Shown here piece after piece: positions 37,830 through 48,430 of a DNA stretch of 55,166 bases; within the stretch, counting starts at the first letter, position 1; the number at the start of each line of letters is the position of its first letter. The stretch covers positions 1 to 55,166 of the IMG/VR virus record IMGVR_UViG_3300021197_000131; one strand, given 5' to 3'. Under the pieces are notes generated by a model that was not told the origin of the DNA, did not search any database, and was given only the letters and a program-made list of their open reading frames with translations. The position numbers and the translations under genes are program-made. Origin of the DNA: a virus. Its lineage: Duplodnaviria > Caudoviricetes.

Positions 37830-38087
37830 TTATTTGTTCCCTAGTTGCATCCACATTGATGCTGCAATAAATGTTATAATAGCAATGGTTGACATCTTTA
37901 CTATGGTAGACCAAATACCCTTACGTGTATCTCGCCATGTATCTAACAGGTTACGCATCTCACTGATGTCTCTACCTGCTGTTTCATCATGCAATCCTAT
38001 AGATGATAGGGCTTGCTTAGCACCCCTACTAGCGGCACGATCAAGCATAGCTTCAAGTTCGTCAGGTGTAAGGGTGACAGTATTCAT
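37830..38087 (-). CDS. DUF6127-like membrane protein
   Basis: RAASRGAKQALSSIGL.DE.A..DI.EMR.LL..WR plus C-terminal TM. Confidence 0.65.
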   Translation of the reverse strand: MNTVTLTPDELEAMLDRAASRGAKQALSSIGLHDETAGRDISEMRNLLDTWRDTRKGIWSTIVKMSTIAIITFIAASMWMQLGNK

Positions 38088-38100
38088 TAGGTATTCCTTA

Positions 38101-38952
38101 TTAACTTAAATAATATCTTACGGCAGTAATACCACCACCTGCACCACCACAATTACTTGAGTATGTAACAGAACCAGTATCACTAGAACCTCTTGTATCA
38201 TACCCCATTCTTGAATAGTTTCCAGTTACTTCTGAACCACTGTCAACATTAGCTATGGCTGCAGGTGTAGTTGCATTTCCTACAGTACTAACAAAAACAA
38301 CGTCACGTTTATTTGCATTTATAGAAACCTGTGCTGTACTAGATGCAGGAGAAGAGTTACTCCACTCACCGGCAATTTCTGTGTAGTTTGCAGGGGATTT
38401 TGTGGTTCCACCTAATTGAAGATTACCAGTGCATTCCCAAATACGCCACCCACCTGCTGCAGGAGTGCCACCAAAGCCGCCTCTTGTACCTGTTAGGGTA
38501 ACAGATGTAGCTGTTCCAATATAAACTCTGTACCACCTTAGATATTTCTTTTCATCAAACGCATCATCATTAAAAACAAGATCAGAGTTAACAGTGTGAC
38601 CACCACTAGAGGATAAAGATGGGGAACTTGGAGACAAACCTGAGTGGTTTTTATCCATCCAATGAGCGCCTATAACAAGGGTTGTTGGACTAGATGAAAG
38701 CCCTGATAAGGACATTGTTGTAGTAGCACTCATACTACTTGAACCTGTGTAATCATACTTAGATATATGTGTAACAGCAATAGGGGGTGTTGCTTCATGC
38801 CACTCACTGAAAGACATTTCTGAAGCAGAGGATTTAAATATCATACCCCTTATGTCTGCATCATTTATAGACACCGAACTACCAGAAGTACTAAATACTT
38901 CTGTGTGCATTTGATCTAAAGATATAGAGTTTCCACTTGCAGGTAATGCCAT
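38101..38952 (-). CDS. Putative tail-fibre tip adhesin
   Basis: N-terminus MALPASG.SISL...SMSFSEW typical of genes after fibres; Ser/Gly/aromatic-rich body. Confidence 0.55.
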   Translation of the reverse strand: MALPASGNSISLDQMHTEVFSTSGSSVSINDADIRGMIFKSSASEMSFSEWHEATPPIAVTHISKYDYTGSSSMSATTTMSLSGLSSSPTTLVIGAHWMDKNHSGLSPSSPSLSSSGGHTVNSDLVFNDDAFDEKKYLRWYRVYIGTATSVTLTGTRGGFGGTPAAGGWRIWECTGNLQLGGTTKSPANYTEIAGEWSNSSPASSTAQVSINANKRDVVFVSTVGNATTPAAIANVDSGSEVTGNYSRMGYDTRGSSDTGSVTYSSNCGGAGGGITAVRYYLS

Positions 38953-40805
38953 TAAATTGATCCGTATGCTGTTACATTACCTACAACGGTAAGGTTTCCA
39001 GAGGTATCTAATTTCATTTTACTTGTACTGCCGTACTTTATAATAAGATTATTTGATACTACTTCAAAAGACCAATCAGATGCACCTTTGGTCATCTTAA
39101 TGTCATTACCAGCAGTTAAATCATTAGCTGCAGTAATATCAGCAGTTGCATAAATATCATTATCTGTAGGTGCTGTAGTATCACCAACACGCAACCCTTC
39201 TATAACATTTACACCTGTTGTAACAAGACGCAGTTGTTCCTCTGTACCCGCTTTAATTTTTACGGTGTTTGCCGTACCAACGTTAATACTTCCCCTAGTA
39301 GTACCACCATCTTTAAATACAATATCACCACCATCAACATCTACATTAAGATCGCCACCAACATCTAATGTCATAGAGTCAGAGTCAGAAATGGTACTAT
39401 TATTAATAGTGATATCATCAACAGTTAGTGAAGTAAGTGTACCAAGAGATGTAATATTAGGCTGTGCTGCAGTTTGCAATGTGCCTGTAACATTACCTGT
39501 AACAGCACCAGTTAGATTGCCTTCAAATGTACCTGCTACAAGTGTTTCACTACCTACTGTCCACTTGTCTGTACTCTCATCCCACACAAAAGTTTTATTA
39601 GCAGATGTACCACGTTCAATCTCAATACCACCGTTTTGTGAAGGTGTACCTGTCTCGTTGGAATTGAGGACAATCTGATTATCTGCTAAATTAATAGTCT
39701 CTGTGTTTACTGTAGTAGTTGTACCCGATACAGTCATGTTACCACTTACAGTAAGATTACCACCTACTGTAACATTGTCAGGCAAACCAATTTGTATCTG
39801 ATTATTAGATACTGTAGTTTCTATTTCATTAGTTGTACCTGCAAAAGTAAGAGTATCATCTGCAAGAGATACAGTGTCATTTGAGCCACCGCCAAGGTTT
39901 GCTGTATCTGCAGTAATAGTAAGATTAGTAGTAATAGCTGCTGTGCTTGCTGCAGTAACAAGACCTTTACCGTTTACTGTAAGTACAGGTATAGCTGTAG
40001 CACTACCAAAAGAACCTGTATTAGAGTTTACTGTGTCTAGTGTAGTGGTAAGAGTGATGTTACCTGTGCCATCAAAGTTAGTAGCAGATGCATCTACGTC
40101 ACCATCAATAGTAATACTACGTGCTGTTGCTAGTGCCGTTGCTGTAGATGCATTACCTGTTAACGGCCCGACAAGTGATGTTCCTGTAATTGTAGTACCT
40201 GTAATAGCTGCTGCACTATTAGCACCAATAACAGTACCATCAATAGCACCACCATTAACGTCTACTGTTGCAAGAGTAGATAGTCCTGTAACACCTAGTG
40301 TACCTGCAATGGTAGTATTACCTGTAGTATCGGCTACAACAAACTTGTCTGTGTCCATAACAAGTCCACCATTTAATGTGGTTTGACCTGTAACTGCTAA
40401 TGTTCCACCTACAGTTGTGTTGCCTGTAATAGCTGCAGTACTAGATAATGTTGCTGCTCCTGTGACACCTAGAGTACCACCAACTGTACCATTACCAGAA
40501 ACAGTAAGTGCATCTGTATCTACTGTACCATCAAAGAATGCGTTTTTAAACTGTGCTGCACCTGAGCCTAAGTCGAGGGTGTTATTGGTCTTAGGTAGTA
40601 CACTGGTTGCTGAAACAATAAGGTCTTGGCTAGGGCCAACCTTGGTAATAGGTGCGCCGTTACCAGTAGTACCATCATGGACGTGACCACTTGATGCATT
40701 GAAAGCAGATTCAACTTGATTGAACTCACCATCTAAATCATCTGCATCAATAACATTACCATTAGCTATGTTGTTAGCTGTATCTTGACGTGTGTAACCT
40801 GCCAT
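38952..40805 (-). CDS. Tail fibre protein
   Basis: MAGYTRQ...DGEFNQ...HVHDG anchor; Gly/Thr beta repeats; ends GNVTAYGSI. Confidence 0.85.
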   Translation of the reverse strand: MAGYTRQDTANNIANGNVIDADDLDGEFNQVESAFNASSGHVHDGTTGNGAPITKVGPSQDLIVSATSVLPKTNNTLDLGSGAAQFKNAFFDGTVDTDALTVSGNGTVGGTLGVTGAATLSSTAAITGNTTVGGTLAVTGQTTLNGGLVMDTDKFVVADTTGNTTIAGTLGVTGLSTLATVDVNGGAIDGTVIGANSAAAITGTTITGTSLVGPLTGNASTATALATARSITIDGDVDASATNFDGTGNITLTTTLDTVNSNTGSFGSATAIPVLTVNGKGLVTAASTAAITTNLTITADTANLGGGSNDTVSLADDTLTFAGTTNEIETTVSNNQIQIGLPDNVTVGGNLTVSGNMTVSGTTTTVNTETINLADNQIVLNSNETGTPSQNGGIEIERGTSANKTFVWDESTDKWTVGSETLVAGTFEGNLTGAVTGNVTGTLQTAAQPNITSLGTLTSLTVDDITINNSTISDSDSMTLDVGGDLNVDVDGGDIVFKDGGTTRGSINVGTANTVKIKAGTEEQLRLVTTGVNVIEGLRVGDTTAPTDNDIYATADITAANDLTAGNDIKMTKGASDWSFEVVSNNLIIKYGSTSKMKLDTSGNLTVVGNVTAYGSI

Positions 40806-40806
40806 A

Positions 40807-42696
40807 TTATTGCCTATCGTTTTGTCTATACTCTAACAACGCAGTGTCGAGTGTGAATGTTGGGTTAGTTGAGTTTTCTTCTATACGTATAGCTATTGTT
40901 TTAGCTGATCCAATTAGGTTAGTGTTATATATTTTGTCTAGCTCGCCACCATACGTTACTTCTGTTTCTGTTACTATGTTAGCAGTACCACCCATTCCAC
41001 TATGGTTAGTACAATAGTAATACAGTGTTGGTGTGCTGTCTGTGATTGTTATTTCAGTGTATGCACCAGAGCTTCCTGCTGTACCGCCTGTAGTAACACC
41101 TGTAGTATATTCAGAACCCCCACCATGTGTACCGTTTGCCGTAGTAGAAAACCGCAAAGGGTGGCTTGAGTTACTTCCATCTGCTTGTGTAAATCTATAA
41201 GTACGACCTTTAGTTAGGCTTAGGGTGGGTGCAGGACCAGTGTGGTCTGATATATAATATTTATTACCTGAACCCGGATTAGATACGGTAACAGCATAAG
41301 TAACATTCTTAGCATAATATACAGCACTTGATGCACCATAAAGAAATACAGATGTACCTGAACTGGCTATGCTTTGTGTTGATGGTTGTATAGTAGTGGG
41401 GCTATCAAAGTCATACTTGATGTTAAGGTCTATAGACGTGCTACCTGTAGGTGTAGCATACAAAGTCATCTTATAAAATGTCTTACGCATCTGAGGATCA
41501 TTGATGGGCATGAAGGGTGACTCATAGATAGCTTCAATGTTAGACCCATCAAAGTTACTGCCTGTTTCCATCTTATATACGTAGCCATCATCATTAGCAA
41601 ACATGGCAGTCTCTTGATCACCTGCATATCTACTGTCTGCTACATATGCTCTTATGCCTTTTGTATTAGCCCAACTGATACCACTAGAACCTTGAGCAAT
41701 AAACTTAGTTGCTATCAAACCTTTAGCAACAGCATTTCTCTCAGATGATACGTAAGCAAAGATGCGATACTGAGATTTATCCCTTAGTATCATAGAAGAG
41801 AATATGTCTGATGTGTTTAAGAAAGAGGTAGCATCTCTGTGTATGCTGTCTGACGCAATGTCTAAACCAAAATCACCAATACGGTCTGTAGCACTTAGTA
41901 GTCGGATACCATCAGGAGCTAAGTATATAACGTCACCACCAACCTCTTGTATTGTATCTCCATTAATACAACCTATTCGGTTTGTGATAGGTGACATTTT
42001 AAAATCAGCAGATGTACTACCTGTAACTTTTTGTATAGTATCAGTTGTAAAGATAATTAGTTGATCACGAAAGGTTGTAAGACCTGTTATGTCATGTCCT
42101 ACGTTTATACTACCTGCGCCATTGCTTGATGCAAAATCATCTACTGTTTCAGGTGCAGTAAAAAATACGTTGTTTCCTTTTGCGTAAAACGCTGTGTTCT
42201 TAAATATGGCTACATGCTCAGCACCACTAACATCTGTGCTATTACTAGATGTCATAAAGGACATACTATTACCAGATGTATTATATACAGCAGGGTAGTT
42301 AGTACCGTCTACAAACACAACCTTATCATCACCATTTAAGTTAAACTCAGCGTGACGTGCTTTACCACCATTAGTACCAACACTGGTAGCCATGCTAGTC
42401 CATGCCGTACCTGTGCCATAATAATACTGTGTTTGACTGCTTCCGTTCTTACGTGCTGCTACTACACGACCAGATGAAATAACTTTAAGAGCCAGTATAG
42501 GACCAGAGCCTGTGACTACTGTACTACTGTACTTAGTATAGCCTAGTAACTTACTGTAGCCACCGTCTTTGTTAGGCTCAAAGTTCTGTAATATAGTAGC
42601 AGAGCCTACAGCATTACTGCCTTGCTGTAGAGGGCTAAGGTTGGAGATTAACCCACCCTTAAACTCTATAGGGTATGTCTGCCATTGTGTTGCCAT
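40807..42696 (-). CDS. Tail nozzle/tubular protein B-like with cupredoxin-like insert
   Basis: Beta-propeller-like repeats; follows the adaptor; insert HPLRF...YYYCTNHSGMGG. Confidence 0.75.
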   Translation of the reverse strand: MATQWQTYPIEFKGGLISNLSPLQQGSNAVGSATILQNFEPNKDGGYSKLLGYTKYSSTVVTGSGPILALKVISSGRVVAARKNGSSQTQYYYGTGTAWTSMATSVGTNGGKARHAEFNLNGDDKVVFVDGTNYPAVYNTSGNSMSFMTSSNSTDVSGAEHVAIFKNTAFYAKGNNVFFTAPETVDDFASSNGAGSINVGHDITGLTTFRDQLIIFTTDTIQKVTGSTSADFKMSPITNRIGCINGDTIQEVGGDVIYLAPDGIRLLSATDRIGDFGLDIASDSIHRDATSFLNTSDIFSSMILRDKSQYRIFAYVSSERNAVAKGLIATKFIAQGSSGISWANTKGIRAYVADSRYAGDQETAMFANDDGYVYKMETGSNFDGSNIEAIYESPFMPINDPQMRKTFYKMTLYATPTGSTSIDLNIKYDFDSPTTIQPSTQSIASSGTSVFLYGASSAVYYAKNVTYAVTVSNPGSGNKYYISDHTGPAPTLSLTKGRTYRFTQADGSNSSHPLRFSTTANGTHGGGSEYTTGVTTGGTAGSSGAYTEITITDSTPTLYYYCTNHSGMGGTANIVTETEVTYGGELDKIYNTNLIGSAKTIAIRIEENSTNPTFTLDTALLEYRQNDRQ

Positions 42697-43385
42697 TAGA
42701 AATGAACTCTTGTATCACGTAAATATTCAGTACGGTTAATGTGTAGGCTTCTTAATTGCTTAATACCTTGAGTAAACTTTTGTAGTGCAGCCTGTGCAGC
42801 TTGCATATCGCCCCGGAACTGGTATGCGTAATACATAGCACCATCTACTATAACATACTTGTATTGCTCTGGAAGGGTAGGCACATCTCCATGCAACTCT
42901 AAGTCATATGCCAAAGTGTAGTACTCATATATTACTTCGTAGGCTTTATCGGGTGCAGGGTAGAATATAAGCTCTCTGCTAGGTGTTCTAACCACGTGGG
43001 TAGGAACGGTACGTGTATCTGTACTAGAGTTATACTCTGAATCGGCGTGTTTGTCAAGCCATTCTTCATAGCTAAGTACTTTTAATTTAACAGTTTCTAC
43101 ATTTAATGCGCTGTCCCTCTTAATACGGAAGCTATTTAGGTTGACTGTCTTAGCGTCATAGGGCATACTGTAGCGAACTTCACCTGCTAGTAAAATCTCT
43201 GTTTCCTCTACATGATTCCAAGGCCATTCAAACTCTTCTTGATTGATGTGACGAATTGACGCATTTACTGCATCCTTAGCAAAACTATAGAAGCCTGTAG
43301 CAGAAGCAAAGTTAGTTGTACTTAGCTCTACTTCGTTTAACCTACGGTTAATATCATTTACTAAAGTTAAAAAGTTGTAGGCCAT
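42696..43385 (-). CDS. Tail adaptor/tubular protein A-like
   Basis: 229 aa; WPW, FYPAPDKAY, IVDGAMYY. Confidence 0.75.
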   Translation of the reverse strand: MAYNFLTLVNDINRRLNEVELSTTNFASATGFYSFAKDAVNASIRHINQEEFEWPWNHVEETEILLAGEVRYSMPYDAKTVNLNSFRIKRDSALNVETVKLKVLSYEEWLDKHADSEYNSSTDTRTVPTHVVRTPSRELIFYPAPDKAYEVIYEYYTLAYDLELHGDVPTLPEQYKYVIVDGAMYYAYQFRGDMQAAQAALQKFTQGIKQLRSLHINRTEYLRDTRVHF

Positions 43386-43387
43386 TA

Positions 43388-43705
43388 TTACTTCTCCTTA
43401 ATGCGTAAGAATACAGAGCGTTCATACTGTAGTCCACCGTTTGTTGTAATCTTACACGTTATTCTATACCTGACATTGTTAGTACCTAAGCCTACTCTGA
43501 TTGTGGTTACAGTATTAGTGTAAGTACCTTGTGCAAACTGTAGGCCATTTACTACGTCTGTAGCTGCTACCTCTGTCTTTGTATCATTAGCATCATCTAT
43601 ATACCAAGTTACACCAGAAACAGTATCTGTATCAAGGAAACGTGACCAATCAATACTATAGTCTATTAGTTCATCTTTATCTTTATCGGGCCACTTGTAT
43701 GACAT
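43388..43705 (-). CDS. Small beta-rich virion protein
   Basis: PDKDKDELIDYSIDW pattern of fibre-associated phage proteins. Confidence 0.65.
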   Translation of the reverse strand: MSYKWPDKDKDELIDYSIDWSRFLDTDTVSGVTWYIDDANDTKTEVAATDVVNGLQFAQGTYTNTVTTIRVGLGTNNVRYRITCKITTNGGLQYERSVFLRIKEK

Positions 43706-43716
43706 TATATAATCCT

Positions 43717-45720
43717 TTAGGCTGCAATCTTGATAGTTTGTGTATTGTTATTTTGTTTAGCTATATACAGGGTTCTACTTTGTGGGGGTATAACAACTGT
43801 ATTATTATTATCTTGTGATGCTGCGTATAGAGTTCTTTGTCTGTTGTAAGCATCTGGGTCAAAATTAAATACAACACCTGTTGCAGTAAGTTGTCCTAGT
43901 GCCACCTGTAATCCAACAGATGTTAGGCTCTGTGTTGCAGGGAAAGAAAGAAGTCCAATAGAACCTGTTGCAAAGACACTATTTAAAACTTCACTAACTT
44001 TAGCTTCTAAGCCCTCAACTTCACCTGCGACAACTACGCCTGTTAAAGTGGTAGAGTTGCCAACACCTAAAGAACCTACACCACCAGAAGCACTAGCACC
44101 TGTTATTACTTGTGTTATGTTTACGACAGGATTTAGAGTGTTTACTGTTCCAGAGCTTTGTACTCCTGTCAGTGTTATACTTACACTAGTTTCTAGAGAA
44201 CCTACACTACCTGTAGCACTTACAGAGTTTAAGGCTTCTGATGTATCAGCAACTACAGAACCTAAAGCTGTTGTACCTACTACACCAGATAGACTTTCTG
44301 AAATATTTACAGATACAGAATTTACAGAACCAGCAGAGCTTACAGAGAGTAGTCTTTCTGATACATCAATTTCAAAACCGTTTATAGATACAGAAGTTAC
44401 TATGCCTGTAGAAGATACACCTGTAAGACCACTAGCTGTATGGGTTTGAAGTGTTCCAACAGAACCAGAACCCTGAACACCAACAATGCTTTTACTTACT
44501 TTAGGTTCTATTGTTCCTAAAGAAGAAGTTAGTCCACTGCTTGAAATGGCTATGTTAGAAGTTGCAGTAAGTGTAAGTGTACCTACACCTGATGTAGAAG
44601 ATACACTAGCTAACTTTTCTGTAACGTTTATTTGTACTGTGTTTAGGTTGGTTGTAGAACTAACACTGTTTAATTTTTCAGAAAGTTTTACTTCTACTGT
44701 ACCTATAGAACCAGTTGTGTTTACACCTACAAGACCTGAACCTGTTAGTGTTTCAACAGCATTTACTGAGCCAGTACTGTTTACACTTCCTAACGACTCT
44801 ATTATATTTACAGTTACAGAGTTAATATGTCCTGTACTGCTAACACTTGACAGAGCTTCAGTTGGTTTTTCTTCTAGTGTATTTACAAAACCTGTAGCTT
44901 CTACTGAAGAGGTTACGAAATTAAGGTTGACTGTTACTGTATTAGTATTTGCAGAAGCAGAAATTGACCCTATACTTTCTGCTATATGAACTTGTGTTGT
45001 ACCTAAAGATGTTGTACCTTGTACGCCTAATATAGAACCAATAGCTGTTACTTCTATAGAACCTAAATGTGCAGTAGCTCCAAGACCAGAAACACCTATA
45101 TTAATATTTTCTGTTACAGTATTTACTGAACCTGTAGCTGAAAGACCAGTTAGTGTAACTGTGTTACTATGCTCTAAAGTTCCTACTGAACCTGTAGAAG
45201 AAACACCAGTAAGAGTAAAAGTATTACTATTTTCTAAAGTTCCTACTGATACAGTGCCTTGTACTGAACTAAGGGTGATATCTATATTAGTTGTTACAGA
45301 GTTTACTTGCCCTGTACCACTTACACCAGATAGACTTTCAGTTGGTTTTTCTTCTAGTGTATTTACTGCACCTGTACCCAATACACCAGTAAGTGTAACT
45401 GTATTGCTGTGTTCTAGTGTGCCTATTGATCCAGTACTTTGTACTGCTGTAGGTGTTACAGTTAGATTTACAGATACTGAACTAATACCTGTTGTACCAG
45501 AAACACTGCCTAGCTTTTCTTCTGTATTGAAACTTATAGTTCCTACAGCACCTGTAGCACTTACAGAGCTAAGTCTTTCTGAGATGTCAACTTCAAAGCC
45601 ACCAACAGATAGACCTGCTACTGCAGTACTAGCAGAGACACTACCTAAAGAAACATCTGCAGATACAGATGAAGATGATACACCAAAGGGCGTTTCAGAT
45701 AGTGCTGCGAAACCGAACAT
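43717..45720 (-). CDS. Ser/Thr/Gly/Val repeat fibre protein
   Basis: About 19-aa repeat (L.[SG]V.[AS]TG.VG.[LV]) through most of 667 aa; N-terminus MFGFAALSETPFG. Confidence 0.8.
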   Translation of the reverse strand: MFGFAALSETPFGVSSSSVSADVSLGSVSASTAVAGLSVGGFEVDISERLSSVSATGAVGTISFNTEEKLGSVSGTTGISSVSVNLTVTPTAVQSTGSIGTLEHSNTVTLTGVLGTGAVNTLEEKPTESLSGVSGTGQVNSVTTNIDITLSSVQGTVSVGTLENSNTFTLTGVSSTGSVGTLEHSNTVTLTGLSATGSVNTVTENINIGVSGLGATAHLGSIEVTAIGSILGVQGTTSLGTTQVHIAESIGSISASANTNTVTVNLNFVTSSVEATGFVNTLEEKPTEALSSVSSTGHINSVTVNIIESLGSVNSTGSVNAVETLTGSGLVGVNTTGSIGTVEVKLSEKLNSVSSTTNLNTVQINVTEKLASVSSTSGVGTLTLTATSNIAISSSGLTSSLGTIEPKVSKSIVGVQGSGSVGTLQTHTASGLTGVSSTGIVTSVSINGFEIDVSERLLSVSSAGSVNSVSVNISESLSGVVGTTALGSVVADTSEALNSVSATGSVGSLETSVSITLTGVQSSGTVNTLNPVVNITQVITGASASGGVGSLGVGNSTTLTGVVVAGEVEGLEAKVSEVLNSVFATGSIGLLSFPATQSLTSVGLQVALGQLTATGVVFNFDPDAYNRQRTLYAASQDNNNTVVIPPQSRTLYIAKQNNNTQTIKIAA

Positions 45721-45731
45721 TTAGTTTATCC

Positions 45732-46430
45732 TTAGTCTACTTGTTCTCTTAGTTGTTTAAGAACCCTTTCACGCTTTCTAGCTTGAATAAATTTATCGTA
45801 TAAATAAGATAAGGGTTTATTCCTATGAGCATTTTTCATATTTAAACAAGCCATTGAATCACGTTTTAATGAGTCTGTTATTGTAACTCGTTGTAAATCT
45901 ACAGGTTTATCGAATCTAACGTAGGCCATAGGTTCACCTGCCTTTATTTCAATAGGTTCGCCACTGTATCTAGACGCAAAGCTAACACCTCTAAACCACT
46001 TACCACAATCAAAAGAACCTGAAATACCGTAGATTTTATTGGTATGATAGTAAGGTGGGAGTATTGTCATTATAGTGCTTTCTTCAGCAAAGAAATGGTA
46101 AAGACCATCACCTAACCATTGCACAACATTTTTACCTTCCTTGGTTTGATGCTTGCCTAACTCTACATCTTGTCCTTTTTTTATTACTGCATATGCATAA
46201 CCTGTTCCACTTGGTTTTAATACAATCTTAATATCTACAGGTGCGTTGACAGCATACATATTTTTTGCTGCAGCAATCATTGAGGGACAAAGTAATAAGC
46301 CATCTAGATCATTTTCTTTAAAATGTCTCTTTATACTTTTAAATAAAGGTTCAGGCTTTTCCATTGATAACTCTAATAGATGCCCTTGTATACTTCCAAA
46401 GTATACTGTTGTTTTATTCTTTACCGCCAT
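45732..46430 (-). CDS. Hypothetical enzyme-cassette protein (possibly dUTPase-like fold)
   Basis: CPS..., ISGSFDCGKWFR, IKAGEPMAYV. Confidence 0.55.
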   Translation of the reverse strand: MAVKNKTTVYFGSIQGHLLELSMEKPEPLFKSIKRHFKENDLDGLLLCPSMIAAAKNMYAVNAPVDIKIVLKPSGTGYAYAVIKKGQDVELGKHQTKEGKNVVQWLGDGLYHFFAEESTIMTILPPYYHTNKIYGISGSFDCGKWFRGVSFASRYSGEPIEIKAGEPMAYVRFDKPVDLQRVTITDSLKRDSMACLNMKNAHRNKPLSYLYDKFIQARKRERVLKQLREQVD

Positions 46431-46972
46431 TTTGGGCCTTCAAACCAAGCTACAAGACTTCTCCTTAAACCTGATGTAACAGGGGTGACTTGGTGGCTTG
46501 TATAGCTTGGGAAGATTAAAATACTACCTTTCTGTTTAGCTTGCTCTGGATCAGGGCTTTCACCTTCAATAATAAAATCTCCACCTTCGTACTCATCAGG
46601 ATCACTTAATTGTACTGTTACAGATAATTTTCTATCATAGGGCTGAGTATTCATCCAATCAACATCAACATGCCAACCGTAGTGTCCTTTTACTTTTCCA
46701 TCATACTCTGTGTATTGCAAGTCTGCGACATTATCTACATGAAAGCCATAAGCAAGACGATTGGCTTTTTTAACATATTCAAAAAGGTAGTCTCTCATAT
46801 CTGATCTATGGGAAAGCCAACCTATTTTACTATTTCTGTTGTGTAAACCTTCATCATTGTTTTGATTAAATGTTGTTGCTTGTATTAACTCCTGATCCGA
46901 TCCCGTATCTATCACTGTAGATACAAAACCTTCATCTGCTGCACCAGAAAATAATTGCCACATTGGTTTCAT
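46421..46972 (-). CDS. 2OG-Fe(II) oxygenase, prolyl-hydroxylase-like
   Basis: YGWHVD, RKLSVTVQLS, YEGG, FPS...HQVTPV..G.RRSLVAW. Confidence 0.92.
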   Translation of the reverse strand: MKPMWQLFSGAADEGFVSTVIDTGSDQELIQATTFNQNNDEGLHNRNSKIGWLSHRSDMRDYLFEYVKKANRLAYGFHVDNVADLQYTEYDGKVKGHYGWHVDVDWMNTQPYDRKLSVTVQLSDPDEYEGGDFIIEGESPDPEQAKQKGSILIFPSYTSHQVTPVTSGLRRSLVAWFEGPKWR

Positions 46973-47949
46973 TTATATTCTCCAAGGTTAAAATCTGTTC
47001 CTAGCATATTTCCTATATGCCTATCCTTGGTACTATACACTAAAACTTCTGGGTCTTCAACTAAAAAATCACACGACTTGCAGTAGTCAGGGAAATCTTT
47101 ATTTCTGTGTTGCTCTCTTAGTTTGTTGTAAGCCTCACCATTCCAAACTTCTTTTAAAGTATTTGTACTTAAATGACCTAATACTGCAGCTTCATCATTA
47201 CCTAAAACCTGACAACAAGGATGTACTGCTGCTGTATTACCATCATTTCCCCCTGCTCTAACGACCACATCAGGGGAAAAGGGTCTTCCACATCCTACCT
47301 TTTTACCTTCTCTTTTATACGTACTGTCATATGTACCAGACCAGTTATGCATACGCCAGATGTCAATATCCATATCATCAAAAAGAGATTTATATGCTTC
47401 TACTTCTACTGGCTCATTATCGTTGTTTAGTATTAAATGATATGCTGCTACTGTACAATCTTTATCTTTAGCATACTCTCGCATCTCTTTAGCATTTTGT
47501 ATAACTAAGTTAAAGAAAGGACTGTTCATCCACTTTTTATATGTCTCTTCGTTGTAACCTATAATAGAAAATCTAAAAAAGTTAAGCCCGGCATCAACCG
47601 TTTCTTTCATAAAAGACCCACGCATATTCTTACCATTAGAATATATGTAAGCCTTTGCTCCGTATTTTCTTACAATCTCAATATATCTTGGAAGGTTTCT
47701 ATTTAAAGTAGGCTCTCCTGATCCTTCAAGATTTATAATTTTTACTTTGTGTTCTGCACACTGAGCAACAATGTCTTCAAACTGATCCAGTGGCATCTTC
47801 TTTAAGAAACCTTTTGGTCTTTTAGGGTCTGTTTGAGGACACATTTGACAGGTGTAATTACACCCACCATTTATCTCAATTACGGCTCTTTCTAAGGAAG
47901 GTATTGTAAGTAAGTCTGTATTTGTGTTCAGGGTTGCATTTGTATCCAT
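46969..47949 (-). CDS. Radical SAM protein with SPASM/Twitch domain
   Basis: CNYTCQMC, GSGEP, SNG; C-terminal CGRPF...PCC...CKSC. Confidence 0.92.
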   Translation of the reverse strand: MDTNATLNTNTDLLTIPSLERAVIEINGGCNYTCQMCPQTDPKRPKGFLKKMPLDQFEDIVAQCAEHKVKIINLEGSGEPTLNRNLPRYIEIVRKYGAKAYIYSNGKNMRGSFMKETVDAGLNFFRFSIIGYNEETYKKWMNSPFFNLVIQNAKEMREYAKDKDCTVAAYHLILNNDNEPVEVEAYKSLFDDMDIDIWRMHNWSGTYDSTYKREGKKVGCGRPFSPDVVVRAGGNDGNTAAVHPCCQVLGNDEAAVLGHLSTNTLKEVWNGEAYNKLREQHRNKDFPDYCKSCDFLVEDPEVLVYSTKDRHIGNMLGTDFNLGEYK

Positions 47950-48430
47950 GCCAAGTTATTCCTTTTATACCCGAAAAAATTAAAGCTCTATTTGGTTTCC
48001 ATTTAATTTCTGTAAAAAAATCTTTGTTTGCTTTATGTATTAATGTCCCTGTCCCTTCGTCAGGAGCAATGTACACAACTACACTCATTATTTTTGAGGG
48101 GTGTTCAAAATGAAGAGGGTACTCAAAACCTTTACCGTCTTTTGGTACAATAAAATTAAACCATCTTTCTAAGGTAAATCCGTATTTTTCATCAAAGTCT
48201 TTTATATCATCCCTGTTTTTATTCAGTTCTTTAAAGAAAGATTCATAGTCGTGATTATCTAACTTAGCTATTTCTAGTGGGACTTCACATTTATTTCTAT
48301 CTAAGGGTTTTAAGTCATATTGACTATAAGCTTCTTTTGCTCCTTGTTTTATTTTTTCTAAAACATCACTAGAGTAAAAGTCATCAATTACAATATAAGG
48401 CCACGGCTCTTGAAAGTATTCCACTTGCAT
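47876..48430 (-). CDS. 2OG-Fe(II) oxygenase
   Basis: PLHFE (HxE), SVVVY, GT, WKPNRALIF, TWHGY, RLTYN. Confidence 0.82.
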   Translation of the reverse strand: MQVEYFQEPWPYIVIDDFYSSDVLEKIKQGAKEAYSQYDLKPLDRNKCEVPLEIAKLDNHDYESFFKELNKNRDDIKDFDEKYGFTLERWFNFIVPKDGKGFEYPLHFEHPSKIMSVVVYIAPDEGTGTLIHKANKDFFTEIKWKPNRALIFSGIKGITWHGYKCNPEHKYRLTYNTFLRKSRN

